From Octopus bimaculoides (lineage: Eukaryota): a DNA stretch of 64,000 bases. This document shows positions 13,362 through 25,793 of the stretch, one piece after another. The notes beneath the pieces are model-generated. The model had not been told where the DNA came from, ran no database searches, and worked only from the letters and a program-made list of their open reading frames with translations. Position 1 is the stretch's first letter, and every line of letters starts with the position of its first letter. The stretch lies in assembly GCF_001194135.2 (NCBI RefSeq), contig NC_068982.1, positions 137,199,103 through 137,263,102 on the forward strand. Reading direction: 5' to 3'. The position numbers and the translations under genes were made by a program.

Positions 13362-13790
13362 ATCATGGTTTCAAATTTTGGCACAAGGCTAGCAGTTTGG
13401 AGGGGAGGGGTAAGTATATTACATTGACCCCTGTAGTTGACTAGTGTTTTATTTCATCAACCCCCGAAAGGACGAAATGCACAGTTGAGCTCCAAAGGTA
13501 AAGAGCCATGAGAAGTTCTCAGCATTTTGTCTGACATGTTAATGATGCTGTCAGCATACCACTTTTAATAATAATAATAATGATGGTAATGCTTTCTACT
13601 GTAGGCATAAGGCCTGAAATTTTGGGGGAGAGAGAGGGTGGGGCTAGTCAGTTTCGTCAACCCCAGTACTTGACTGGTACTCATTCCATTCATCTCACAA
13701 AGATGAGAGGCAAAATTGACCTCACTGGAATTTGAACTCAAAATGTAAAGACATGCAAAATGCTGCTAAGCATTTTGTCCAGTATGCTCA
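13362..13790 (-). mobile_element. Two tandem tRNA-derived SINEs (family C)
   Basis: Reverse-complemented B box ggaatttgaactc (about 13728-13740) and tail ctttctactgtaggcataaggcctgaaatttt next to (AAT)n. Confidence 0.7.
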
Positions 13791-13895
13791 CTAATAATAA
13801 TAATAATAATAATAATCATTCCGTAAGCTCACTAATAATAATAATAATAATAATAATCATTCCGTAAGCTCACTAATAATAATAATAATAATAAT
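13786..13895. repeat. Three tandem copies of gctcact(aat)n-cattccgtaa
   Basis: Directly visible triplication; the third copy is truncated. Confidence 0.9.
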
Positions 13896-14015
13896 AGATC
13901 TTCCACGATAATTGACAACCGAGTGTCAAAGCTCATAATGTGCAGAAAGAGACCCTCTGAGAACAGGCTGCTGTCTGCTCTCACAGAATCAACCAGAACA
14001 AACAAGACCAAGTGC

Positions 14016-14222
14016 TCATCATTGTCATTTAACGTCTGTTTTCCATGAAGGCATGAGTTGGAAGGTTTGAATGAGGTCTGGAGAGCCAGCGGTTGCACCA
14101 GGCTCCAATCTGATCTGGCAGAGTTTCTACAGCTAGATGTCCTTCCTAATGCCAACCACTCCGAGAGTGTAGTGGGTGCTTTTTATGTGCCACTGGCACA
14201 GGAGCCAGTCAGACGGGCCTGG
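14016..14222 (-). mobile_element. RTE 3' UTR copy
   Basis: tttaacgtctgtttccatg...gagtttctacagctagatgtccttcctaatgccaaccactccgagagtgtagtggg. Confidence 0.8.
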
Positions 14223-15769
14223 CTCTGAGAACTAAAACAATGATAATAATAATAGTAATAATAATTGGATTTATTTAATGTTAACACTAAGCATCTACCT
14301 TTTTAATTAAAATTTTTAGATAATTGTTTTGAATTTCTGATCTTCAGATCAGATTATCTGAATTTTAAAAAAAATATACAATAATTGAAAACTTTTGTTT
14401 TATAATTTAAACTCTTGGGAAAATTGTTAGCATTGAAATTTAGAAAAATTTACTACACCTTAATGTTACTGAGTAGGTTTTCTATTGTGCATGTATTGTA
14501 CAAATGTTTTACAAAACAACCTGAAAGCTTAATGATGTCTGACCTGATTTTGGACTGGGTAATTGTAGCAATCTGTATTACAGAGTGTAGTTGTTTATAT
14601 TTTAACATGAGATTAGCAAAATAGAATTAGTGCAATATTAAACGATGTAGATATGGCTAAGACAGATTGTATTATTATATCATCTATATGACTGGTCAAC
14701 AAAGGAGGTACTTGTTATTTCTGATAATTAACATTTCAATGGTTTCTTTTTCTCCCTCTTTTGCCGTTCATGATAACCTGAATGACTGTAAGCAAAACTA
14801 TTTTGAGCTTTTCTTTTTGTTGAAGCATTTTTCCTATAATATGGCATATTGGTTCAAGTTGGTAAGAAAAATTTAAAAAAAAAAAAAAGAAATAAAGAAT
14901 TCTAGGCAAAATTTTCAGAATGATTTCAAAATGACTGCATAAATGTTTGACATTTTGACTGTTCAAGTGGATTACTAATGCATTATTGGAAACAGAATGT
15001 GAAAGAAATACCAAAATAAAGAAAACAGGAATTCAAAAGTGGAATATCCATCTTTGATGAGGCATTATAAATAATGTTTCTTTGTTTGGAATGTTTCAAG
15101 AGCACTCAAGTAAAAGACAGTACATTCGTCTATAAAAAAAAAAAGCATTAGTATCTCCAGGATTATCTACTTCACTAAAATATTCCAGTGTCGTATCTTT
15201 TCACTTTTCTCAAATTTTGCCATGAACATAGGATATATGCCACATGGATCTCAAATAGACTCTTCTTTTCATCACATGCATGCCTCATACAAATATATTG
15301 AATAAAAAGGGGAAGTAAATACATATGAAAACTCGATGGGTTTTTTTTAAAACATTTTATGCTTTCGTCATTGCAAAAGATAATTGGGAAAATTAAGTTA
15401 AATATATAAATTAATTTAAAGATGGATGTCTTATATGGAAGTTTAACGAGTTCAGTTTGAATGAATCACTGTTGTTAAGTAGACAGTTCCACAAATGTCT
15501 ACATCCAATCGTCTTGTTTTATAGCTTGCTTGTCATGTAACTGGTTATGATGTTGCTGTATTAAAAGTAATGCATAGACTGGAATTCTTCCAGTAACGAT
15601 TACATCGTATACCTATTCCTCACCAAAAAAAATTAGCCTTCTTCTTAGTGGATGCAAAATCATATTATGACATTGCAAAAAACCAAGTAGTTTTAGAAAG
15701 AAGTGTGTGTGTGTGGGTGTGCGTGCGCGTGCGCGTGCGTGTGTGTGTGTAATATGCATGTGTGTGTGT

Positions 15770-16010
15770 AATATGCATATATGTGTGCATGTGTGTGTGA
15801 ACCTTTGTCTAGACATCAGGTGATGATTGTAAATGAACATAATCATCATACAAGCAAGATTGTTTGTTTCCAGTCTTCCCTGAAAAAATATGTCTACCTA
15901 TGGGAAAATATTACCGTACTTGGAAACAGGTGAGGGTTGGTGACAGCAAGGGCATCTGGTATAGAAAATTTACCTCAACAAATTCTATCTGATCCATGCT
16001 ATGGTGATGG
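15770..16010 (+). mobile_element. Body and 3' part of chimeric SINE (family F) with RTE-like tail
   Basis: gggaaaatattaccgtacttggaaacaggtgagggttggtgacagcaagggcatctgg, the reverse complement of the body at 19920-20150. Confidence 0.65.
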
Positions 16011-16129
16011 TGATATGAACTGATACTGATCATACCGCCATCTATGTTTGCCATTCACTGCATCTAATCATCTGTTACTCTCTTAACATTTTTTGCAAAC
16101 TTACCCAGCCACCATTTCTGTTCTTCCAT

Positions 16130-16169
<40 letters not shown>

Positions 16170-17169
16170 TGTGNNNNNNNNNNTGTGTGGGTTTGTGGGT
16201 GGATGTGTGTGTGGATGTATGCATGTGTGTGCATGTTTGTATATTTGTGTGCACAAGTATATGTTTATATGCATGCATGTATTGTATATTTGTGTGCGTA
16301 CCTGTATAACGCATATCATCATTTAGCATCTGCTTTCCCTGCTGGTATGGGTTGGACAGTTTGACTGAAACTGGTAAGCTGGAAAGCTGCCCCAGGTTCC
16401 ATACACAAATATATATTCATGTACATAAACATATACTTACATACACACACATGCATACACAAAACAATACATAAACTCAAGCAAGTCACCTGGAAAATGA
16501 TTAAAGAAATAATGTTTTTGGAAATTGCTAGACAAATATTTTCCGTTTTGATATGGTTTCTCTTCAAAAGGTCACCCAAAAATGTTTCTGAACAGTTTTA
16601 TTATTTATCTACTTGAGATATATTGAAGTAGTGATTTCCTTTTGGCCTGTTACAAGATCTTTTTTTTTTTTTTTGTATGTGAATCTTTTAGCCAAACAAT
16701 TTATATTTTATATCTTGATACTGTACTGCATCTCTTGATCAAGATCCTTTACTCTCAAACAGCACAGTCCAATTATTGTAAATAATCTATGTGTTGCTGT
16801 TGGGACAATGTGTATTTAACAAGTGTTTCTACCATAAGTAAATAGCTCTGAGAGGCTTTGGAAGTTTTTGTATATTCATTGGCAGTATTTTAACTTCTGG
16901 TTTGCCAGGCTGGCATAGGTTAGAAAGTTGTCAGTTCTTATAGGAATAACTACTCACTAGTGTGAACTTGTGTAATGTGTGAGTGTAGAGGTCCGGCTGT
17001 CAGAATATTTGTGTGTATTTCTATTTGTGCTCTTTGTCTCTCTTCCTCTCTGACATACATTAGCACATGTGTATGTATAATGTGTATATAATGATCTGTC
17101 TTACTATATCTGCATGGCTTATGTGTGTGTAGCTCTTTATGTATGTAGGTGTCTGTATGTTTGGGATCT

Positions 17170-18643
17170 TTTTTGTCATCATCATTCTCCTGTTCATTCC
17201 TGTGTTAGCCTTCTCAATTTCAGCATTCCGTACCTTGTTGCAGTTTTTTGTCTTCTCCTTCATGAGATTCAACCTTTTGAAATCAACTTCACCATTTCCA
17301 ATGTTTACCATAGGTTCCTTTCACAAGGAGTACTTGACATTTCCTTATCCAGCTATGATATCCTTCGTACACATCACATGCACTTACCAGCTCATTCTTC
17401 TATCTTGCATCTAGCTTCTGATTCCTTTTATACAAAGTTTTTCTCTCAGCTCATTTGTATTCTATCATTAATTTCATACTAACATTACACATCCAACAGA
17501 GAATACTTGCCTACTTCCTTCCAAGCCTTTTCAAATCCTTTGTATTCAATGCACTACTCCTTCTACTATGCAACATAACACACAAGCATCATACAATCTG
17601 ATTTTCACTCAGAGATATTCTGTTTGTTGCCAGCAGAAGTAACAACTCCTTGAGTTTTTTTTGGCTACCATCTCCTGGTGCAACTCACTCCACAGGTAAT
17701 TAGATGACAGAAGTTGTCCACTACTTTTAGAGACTCTCAGGGGATTTGAAGGAATTTATTTCAATGGAACTCTTACTACAAACCATTCCAGTACACCTAC
17801 TGCATAAAAAATCCCTTTTATTTTTTTTGTTTTTGTCAGTTTGCCTAACACCAACTCCATCAACCTAAGCTATTTTCTCCATTTGAGTATAGTCCTGTAT
17901 TTTGGACTGCAGATTAAAACTTCAGTATTTGCTTAGTTTTGTTCAGGCCTTATAAGTCCAAGTTTTCCTTTCACATTTGGGAATTCTTTTCTACATATTG
18001 GAATTGCCACAATCAGTAAGTCATACACTTCTATGTGATAGTTTGGAGGGGCTAAAACTAGAACCTTGATGGGCACTTAATTATATGCTAACTTTCAGTT
18101 GTTGATAGCATCTCTGTTCATAGGATGCAGAGTTAGCCATTTATCTACACTCAGCTCTTTTAGTGACCACCTGACAACAGCATATAGAATCTTGTCAAAG
18201 CCACCAAGGTCAACAATGCTAGGTATTGCAGCTTACTTTATGAAGAAGAGAGCATTGATAGCATCTCATCTTGGCATAAACTCAATCTGCATCTTGTCTA
18301 CTTCTCTTCCTGATTAATTGTTTTGTAATTCTGTTACTTTCATAACCTGTTCCATCTATTTGGTGTCTCTGTAATTACTTCTTTCTAGAGCATCTCCTTG
18401 CCTTTATACCAGTTGACAATGATACTTTGATAACAGTCACTGAGTATGGCACCTTCCTGTATAACTTAACTAGGCACATAACTAGAACCTGACCCACTTA
18501 ACCTGATATTTTCAATATGTCAGTGACTATTCCTAACCAACCAGCTGTTTTCAATTCCTTAATGCTTTTAGACCATCAAAATAACTCAACAGCTGTCAAC
18601 TCCAACAGCTGGTCCTTCTGTTGTGTGCACTTGGAGGTGGAGT

Positions 18644-18680
<37 letters not shown>

Positions 18681-19660
18681 TCTCTCTCTCTCGCCCCACC
18701 CCCTATGCATTTTCCTTATTCAGCTGTCTCTTATAACATCATTTCCTTGCATTTTTTCTTATTGATGCCAGTGAAGGTGTGTGTGTGTGTGTGTGTGTGC
18801 TTTTTATTCTGTACACACTTTTCTCCACAGTTTTTTTTTTTTATTCACGTTAGCACAGTTTTGCAATCTTGAACACTTCATTCTTCTGCAAGCCTCCAAT
18901 TTTCTCTCTCCCCTTGCTAACATCTAATTACCCAATATGTTTGCCCTTGTCTCCCTTTTTTTTCTGCCCTGTTGTTTAGCTTGTATGAGTTTATCTGCTG
19001 GACTATTTACATCTCTGTCACCTTCCATCAACTATTGATTTGGTATTGTTACCTTGTAGAAACAACCAGTTGTCAAAGTTGTAAATGCCTACTCCTGCTT
19101 CTTGCCATATACTTCAACTTTTCTAAACTTTCATTCAGCCAAGGATCTTTCATCTTCCATATTTTCTTTCTCTAATTAGTCCTGTAGCTCTGGGTCTATT
19201 TAGCTCTCTCTCTAATATCATTAATCATGAGCCACTAATCACAAATCTTTGAGTTATACATTCCTCACTTGCGAAGTATTTAATATTCACTTGTTGCCCA
19301 TCCTTTGCCTGCTAAATATGAAGTCTATTTGATGTGCATGTTCACCTGACCATTTGGTGACTAAGCGGCTGGTAGCTTTCCTGAAGTTATTTGCAAATTA
19401 ATTGCAAAGTAAGGTCATCTGTATAACAGAACTCTAAGATCTCTGATCCATTTTCATTCCCCAAACGATATCTATGATATCTATGTCCGTCATGTATACT
19501 AGAGGTGCCATTGTGGTGTTACTCAAAATGTTTATTAAAGAGACTAACCATAACAAAGTTTTTGTCATTCGTATCAATGGTCCTTTTGTTTCTCTGTCAG
19601 TGCTGATTTTGTTGAAAATGCAGTGACAATAGGTGTTGTTCAATTGACTATGAGTAATGT
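17170..19660 (-). mobile_element. Near full-length decayed RTE-clade LINE (APE endonuclease, RT, C-terminus)
   Basis: Minus-strand relics in order: GSEILEFC, NFRKATSRLVT, HQIDFI (APE); WKMKDP; SIIVNWYKG/GDALERSNYR, VDLGGFDKI (=VDLEKAFDRV), HQGSSFSP (=HQGSVLSP) (RT); KELLxLLAT, ASILCWMCNVS, DFKRLNLMKEKTKNCNKVRNAEIEK (C-terminus). Interrupted by microsatellites at about 18640-18850. Confidence 0.85.
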
Positions 19661-19672
19661 CATCACCATAAG

Positions 19673-19890
19673 ATGGCAAGCTGGCAAAATTGTTAGCACG
19701 CCGGGCAAAATGCTTAACACTATTTCGTCTGCCACTGTGTTCTGAGTTCAAATTCCACCAAGGTTGACTTTGCCTTTCATCCTTTTGGGGTTGATAAATT
19801 AAGTACCAGTTGAGTACTGGGGTTGATGTAATCAACTTGCCCCTTCCCCCAAAAAATTTCTGGCCTTGTGCTTAGAGTAGCAAGGAGTAA
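19673..19890 (+). mobile_element. tRNA-derived SINE (family C)
   Basis: A box tggcaaaattgttag, B box gagttcaaattcc, tail ccttgtgcttagagtagcaagg. Confidence 0.85.
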
Positions 19891-19914
19891 TATCATCATT
19901 CTCATCCTCACTGT

Positions 19915-20215
19915 CATCTTTATCATCGTCAGTTAACATCCAATTTTCCATGCTTGCATGGGTTGGATGGAATTTGTTGAGGCAGATTTTTTGCTGTGGG
20001 TAGATACTCTTCATGTCATCAACCCTCATCTGTTTCCCAGCAAGGTAATATTTTCCCATGGCCAAACCTGTTTTCATGGAAGACTGGAAATGAACAACAT
20101 CACTTGTGTGATGGTGAGGCTCATTTACAACTATCACATGAGGTCTAGACATGGTTACACACACACGCACACACAATGTATACGCACAATAGACTTCTTT
20201 CAGTTTCTATGTATC
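19915..20215 (-). mobile_element. Chimeric SINE (family A head remnant, (TG)n, family F body, RTE-like tail)
   Basis: + strand order: ttaacatccaattttccatgcttgcatggg, F body, (CA)n, agacttctttcagtttc (A head). Confidence 0.7.
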
Positions 20216-20671
20216 TCTTTTCTGCTTTTGAAACCAAGAAAATTTGTGTGATCATTTAGTGATGGCTGGAGGAAGGAATATTCTCCTACACAGCCAGATG
20301 TTTCCACTTTTAAATTGATTTGTCATTTATTCATCAGAAAAGTATTATCAATAATCATTAACAGGGTGGGCGTCGGTCACCTTTATTTATAGTATTTGTG
20401 TAACATGCTTTAAGTTTTTTATTTCTATTTTTTTTTCACTGTTAGATACCTTTGCCATTACAATCCACTTTACATTGTAATCTGAGTGCATTTTCTCATG
20501 CAATAGCATGAGAAAATGCTATACAGTGATTGTCTAGCATGACCTAAATCTCTCCTCAACACTTTTTGCAGTTTTGGTCCAGTTGCTTCTCTGTTAAATG
20601 GGTTACCTTCATTGCAGCTTGTGGGGATCATGTCTACTCAGTGCAAATTGCTTGGCATTGCTTGAGAATAA

Positions 20672-20925
20672 TCATCATCATCATCATCATCGTCATTTAA
20701 CATCCGCTTTCCATGCTAGCATGGGTTGGACGATTTGACTGAGGACTGGCGAACCAGATGGCTGCACCAGGCTCCAATCTGATCTGGCAGAGTTTCTACA
20801 GTTGGATGCCCTTCCTAACGCCAACCACTCTGAGAATGTAGTGGGTGCTTTTACGTGCCACCGGCACAAGGGCCAGTCAGGCAGTACTGGCAACGGCCAT
20901 GCTCAAAATGGTGTTTTTTACGTGC
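20672..20925 (-). mobile_element. RTE 3' UTR copy, young (CpGs intact), running into a gap
   Basis: (CAT)n-cgtcatttaacatccgctttccatgctagcatgggttggacg... followed by minisatellite units. Confidence 0.88.
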
Positions 20926-21294
20926 NNNNNNNNNNNNNNNNNNNNNNNNNNNNNNNNNNNNNNNNNNNNNNNNNNNNNNNNNNNNNNNNNNNNNNNNNNN
21001 NNNNNNNNNNNNNNNNNNNNNNNNNNNNNNNNNNNNNNNNNNNNNNNNNNNNNNNNNNNNNNNNNNNNNNNNNNNNNNNNNNNNNNNNNNNNNNNNNNNN
21101 NNNNNNNNNNNNNNNNNNNNNNNNNNNNNNNNNNNNNNNNNNNNNNNNNNNNNNNNNNNNNNNNNNNNNNNNNNNNNNNNNNNNNNNNNNNNNNNNNNNN
21201 NNNNNNNNNNNNNNNNNNNNNNNNNNNNNNNNNNNNNNNNNNNNNNNNNNNNNNNNNNNNNNNNNNNNNNNNNNNNNNNNNNNNNNNNNNNNNN

Positions 21295-21351
<57 letters not shown>

Positions 21352-21427
21352 TTATATGCACAGGGATATGTTATTGTTTTCACATTTACTTTTTCATGGG
21401 TCGGCTGCTATTTTTTGAGGAGGCACA

Positions 21428-22196
21428 CAAGGTGGTATCAAGAAGTTCCCGGACTGGTCCTGTAACATACCAACAGAGGGCAGCACATGGTTGCGTGCGC
21501 CGACATTGCTGTGTTTACTGCTGTGTATGCTGTAGTCTGTGATTTTCGTCATGGACAGGATCAAAGAGCCAATGTGAAATTTTGCATTAACCTTGGGAAG
21601 TCTGCTACAGAGTCATTGAGCAAGCTTATGGTGACGAGGCAATGGGTTGTATGCAATGTTTCAAATGGCACAGGTGCTTCAAAAGTGGAAGAAGATCCCT
21701 AAAAGACCTGCCATCGATCAAGAGTTCTACTGTGATGTTCTGAAGCTTTGGAGAATGGACATTCAGTGAAAGCAGCCAGATCTGTGGAACATAAAGAATT
21801 GGACTTTTCATGACAACAATGCACTCTGTAACTGAGCTCTCCTCACTCATGAGTTTCTTGGCCAAAACAACGTGGTGTCACTTCTGCACCTGCCCTATTC
21901 ATCAGATGTAGCATCTGTAGACTTCCATCTCCTCCCCAAGATGAAAATGAAGCTGAAAGGTTGCCATTTCAACACCATTGTCAAAACCCAGAACAAATTG
22001 TAGAAGGTCCTTGAATTACTTATGGAAAACAACTTCTAGGCTGGATTGGAAACATGACAGGAACTCTAGGACCAGTACCGGTGTATTGCTGCCGAAGGTG
22101 GCTATTTCGAAGGCGATGATATTAAAACTTAGGTGAATAAGCATTTTTTAAATTTAACCTAACTAACTAGTCCTGGAACTTTTTGATACTACCTTA
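21428..22196 (+). mobile_element. Internally deleted mariner transposon with pseudogenised transposase
   Basis: About 30-bp TIRs caaggtggtatcaagaagttcccggactggt / actagtcctggaactttttgatactacctta, with TA on the right and CA (mutated TA) on the left. Relic peptides QRANVKFCINLGKSATE, QAYGDEAMG, IDQEFYCDVLK, WTFHDNNA, HLPYSSDVASVDFHLLPKMK, CIAAEGGYFEGD. Confidence 0.93.
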
Positions 22197-22200
22197 TATA

Positions 22201-22630
22201 TCATCGTCATCCTTTTAACTTCTACTTTCTCATGCTTGCATCAATCAGATGGAATTAACTGAGGTGGATTTTCTTAAGCCAAATAACCTTCCTATCACTA
22301 GTCTTCACTAAGGAAAATAATATCTCATGGCAAGATATGTTTTCATGGAAGATGGGAAACAAAGGCCACTGCTTGTATGAAGATAACACTCGTTTACAAC
22401 TATTGCCTGATGTCAAAACACGCATACACACACACACACTCACACATACACACACACTCACACACATACATGCACACTCACTCACATATAATCATACAAT
22501 GGTCTTCTTTCAATTTCTCCCAACTAACTCCACTCAAAAGGTTTTTGTCTGCTCAGGGTTGTAAAAGAAGATACTTGTCCAAGGTGTCACACACTGGAAC
22601 TGAAACCATATGACCACAATGCAAACTTCT
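22201..22630 (-). mobile_element. Chimeric SINE (A head, microsatellite, F body and tail)
   Basis: + strand order: tcatcgtcatccttttaac...catgcttgc, F body, (CA)n, ggtcttctttcaatttc...gatacttgtccaaggtgtcacac. Confidence 0.7.
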
Positions 22631-23329
22631 TAACCCCCTCCCCCATACACACACACAGACACAGATACACTCAAAGACGCATTTTCACAAAAATTTGGTT
22701 TCCAGCATATAAATAAATAAAATATTGTTGTATTTAGNNNNNNNNNNNNNNNNNNNNNNNNNNNNNNNNNNNNNNNNNNNNNNNNNNNNNNNNNNNNNNN
22801 NNNNNNNNNNNNNNNNNNNNNNNNNNNNNNNNNNNNNNNNNNNNNNNNNNNNNNNNNNNNNNNNNNNNNNNNNNNNNNNNNNNNNNNNNNNNNNNNNNNN
22901 NNNNNNNNNNNNNNNNNNNNNNNNNNNNNNNNNNNNNNNNNNNNNNNNNNNNNNNNNNNNNNNNNNNNNNNNNNNNNNNNNNNNNNNNNNNNNNNNNNNN
23001 NNNNNNNNNNNNNNNNNNNNNNNNNNNNNNNNNNNNNNNNNNNNNNNNNNNNNNNNNNNNNNNNNNNNNNNNNNNNNNNNNNNNNNNNNNNNNNNNNNNN
23101 NNNNNNNNNNNNNNNNNNNNNNNNNNNNNNNNNNNNNNNNNNNNNNNNNNNNNNNNNNNNNNNNNNNNNNNNNNNNNNNNNNNNNNNNNNNNNNNNNNNN
23201 NNNNNNNNNNNNNNNNNNNNNNNNNGAACATTAATAAACGAGTGAAGAATGAATATATATAGTGCATGTTTATTTAGCAAAAAAAAAAAACACTCCTCCT
23301 GAAATATAACAATATCTGTTTCAACACAC

Positions 23330-23722
23330 ATCATCATCATCATCGTTTAATGTCCACTTTCCATGCTAGCATGGGTTGGATGATTTAACTGAGGACTGGC
23401 GAACCAGATGACTACACCAGACTCCAAACTGATCTGGCAGAGTTTCTACAGCTGGATGCCCTTCCTAATGCCAACCACTCCGAGAGTGTAGGTGGGTGCT
23501 TTTACGTGCCACCGGCACGAGGGCCAGTCAGGCGATACTGGCAATGGCCACGCTCAAATGGTGCTTTTTACGTGCCATCTGCACAGGAGCCAGTCCAGTG
23601 GCACTAGCAATGAACTCACTCAAATATTTTTTCACGTGCCACCAGCACAAGTGCCAGTAAGGCGACGCTGGTAATGATCACACCCGAATGGTGTTTTTTA
23701 TGTGCCATTGGCACAGGAGCAC
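23330..23722 (-). mobile_element. RTE 3' UTR copy with minisatellite array
   Basis: (CAT)n head on the + strand, conserved roughly 170-bp block, repeated ttttacgtgcc...cac units. Confidence 0.88.
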
Positions 23723-23771
23723 GTTAGCTCATGATTTCACATAAAGAGTCTTACAATACAAATTCATAGAT

Positions 23772-24140
23772 AAGCAAGGGCACTCGGAGAGCACAAACCT
23801 CCGCCAAGGCAACACCAATGTTCTCTCAATGATTAGCCAGAGATGACTTTTAAAATGAGAATATCTGAAATAAATTCAACTGCTCTCACAAACAAGAATG
23901 CTATAAATGAACCCGACCATTCTCAAAAATTAAGTGATAAAACAGGAAAAGTAATCGAGAATCCTTGTCCGGTACTGGATTGATCCCCCAAATCTAATCA
24001 GTTTGTGCCAGTTACAGGGCCAAACATCCCTGAAAGTTTCATCTGAATCCATCCAGCAGTTCTTGAGATATCTTGTCAACAGACAAACAAACAAACATGA
24101 CTGAAAACAATACCTCCGCCTTCGCTAAGGCGGACGTAAT
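23772..24140. mobile_element. Non-autonomous Helentron-type element (HINE/DINE-1-like architecture)
   Basis: Terminal hairpin tccgcctt-cgct-aaggcgga (24115-24134). Subterminal acctccgccaaggc (23797-23810) matches the hairpin arms. (CAAA/CAGA)n microsatellite at about 24079-24096. Second small imperfect palindrome gcactcggagagcac near the left end. No TSD. Confidence 0.7.
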
Positions 24141-25609
24141 AAAATACTTTCCATATAGATAATCTTAAAGAAATAGATAAATAAATTACTTAAAAAAATG
24201 TATCTTTGTCTAACTAAGTCTATAACTTAACTACCTAAAAAAATAACTGGTTAGAAAATGCATTTTCATACAAAAGACATTAAGAAAATGAAATATTGTT
24301 CATACAATAGGATTCATAATATTAATTCACAGACGAAGAAAGAGGAATAATGCAAATCAAATTATATGTTCCTTGCTTAGCATTAATGAAGCCATATGAT
24401 TCAGTAACAAAATACACTTGGTTTATTCCCAATTCTGTGATTTCATATATCTACATACGTNNNNNNNNNNNNNNNNNNNNNNNNNNNNNNNNNNNNNNNN
24501 NNNNNNNNNNNNNNNNNNNNNNNNNNNNNNNNNNNNNNNNNNNNNNNNNNNNNNNNNNNNNNNNNNNNNNNNNNNNNNNNNNNNNNNNNNNNNNNNNNNN
24601 NNNNNNNNNNNNNNNNNNNNNNNNNNNNNNNNNNNNNNNNNNNNNNNNNNNNNNNNNNNNNNNNNNNNNNNNNNNNNNNNNNNNNNNNNNNNNNNNNNNN
24701 NNNNNNNNNNNNNNNNNNNNNNNNNNNNNNNNNNNNNNNNNNNNNNNNNNNNNNNNNNNNNNNNNNNNNNNNNNNNNNNNNNNNNNNNNNNNNNNNNNNN
24801 NNNNNNNNNNNNNNNNNNNNNNNNNNNNNNNNNNNNNNNNNNNNNNNNNNNNNNNNNNNNNNNNNNNNNNNNNNNNNNNNNNNNNNNNNNNNNNNNNNNN
24901 NNNNNNNNNNNNNNNNNNNNNNNNNNNNNNNNNNNNNNNNNNNNNNNNNNNNNNNNNNNNNNNNNNNNNNNNNNNNNNNNNNNNNNNNNNNNNNNNNNNN
25001 NNNNNNNNNNNNNNNNNNNNNNNNNNNNNNNNNNNNNNNNNNNNNNNNNNNNNNNNNNNNNNNNNNNNNNNNNNNNNNNNNNNTATATATATATATATAT
25101 ATACATACATACATCATTCATACATACACCATGCATGCATATTTGATGATGCAGGCTGTACATTCATAACTGAGGAAGATCATCACTGACCATTGCGCAA
25201 GCCAAGTGCCAGCAATGGCTGTGCATGAGGTTATTGCCCCTGTGGTCAGCTTCACCTGATTTCATGCCTACAGTTTCCATACTTGTCACAGTGCCCTCCT
25301 GTTCAACCGGGCATTGAAAACACACCTTGCCAGTGATTGTACAACCTAAAATTTTGGGTTCAGTAAGGCTTGCACAAAACCTCACAGACCATCTCTACCC
25401 TCCTGACATGATCCTGAGATAAATCAGGGCAAGATATTCAGTGCCAATAATGGCCACAGGCTCAGGAATGTTGGAGTACCTTGATCTCTAGCACAAGCAA
25501 AAGATACCCAAAATGTTCAACATACATACTTACATAGATACATACATTGTTCACACATACATTCACATACAGGCATATATGCACACATACAAATATATAT
25601 CATAGGCAC

Positions 25610-25762
25610 AAGATTGCTGCATAGTGAAGTTTGCTTGACAGTCACATAGTTTCTGGTTCAGCATCCGGGTCTGTTTATCCTCTTGGGTGAATGTCTTCTC
25701 ATTGCCCCAACCTGACCAATGCCTTGTTAGTAGATGTGGTCGACAGAAACTGAAAGAAACCC

Positions 25763-25765
<3 letters not shown>
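25610..25765 (+). mobile_element. Diverged SINE family A head running into (TA)n and a gap
   Basis: ggttcagcatcc...tcttgggtgaatgtcttctc...gacagaaactgaaagaaaccc. Confidence 0.65.
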
Positions 25766-25793
<28 letters not shown>

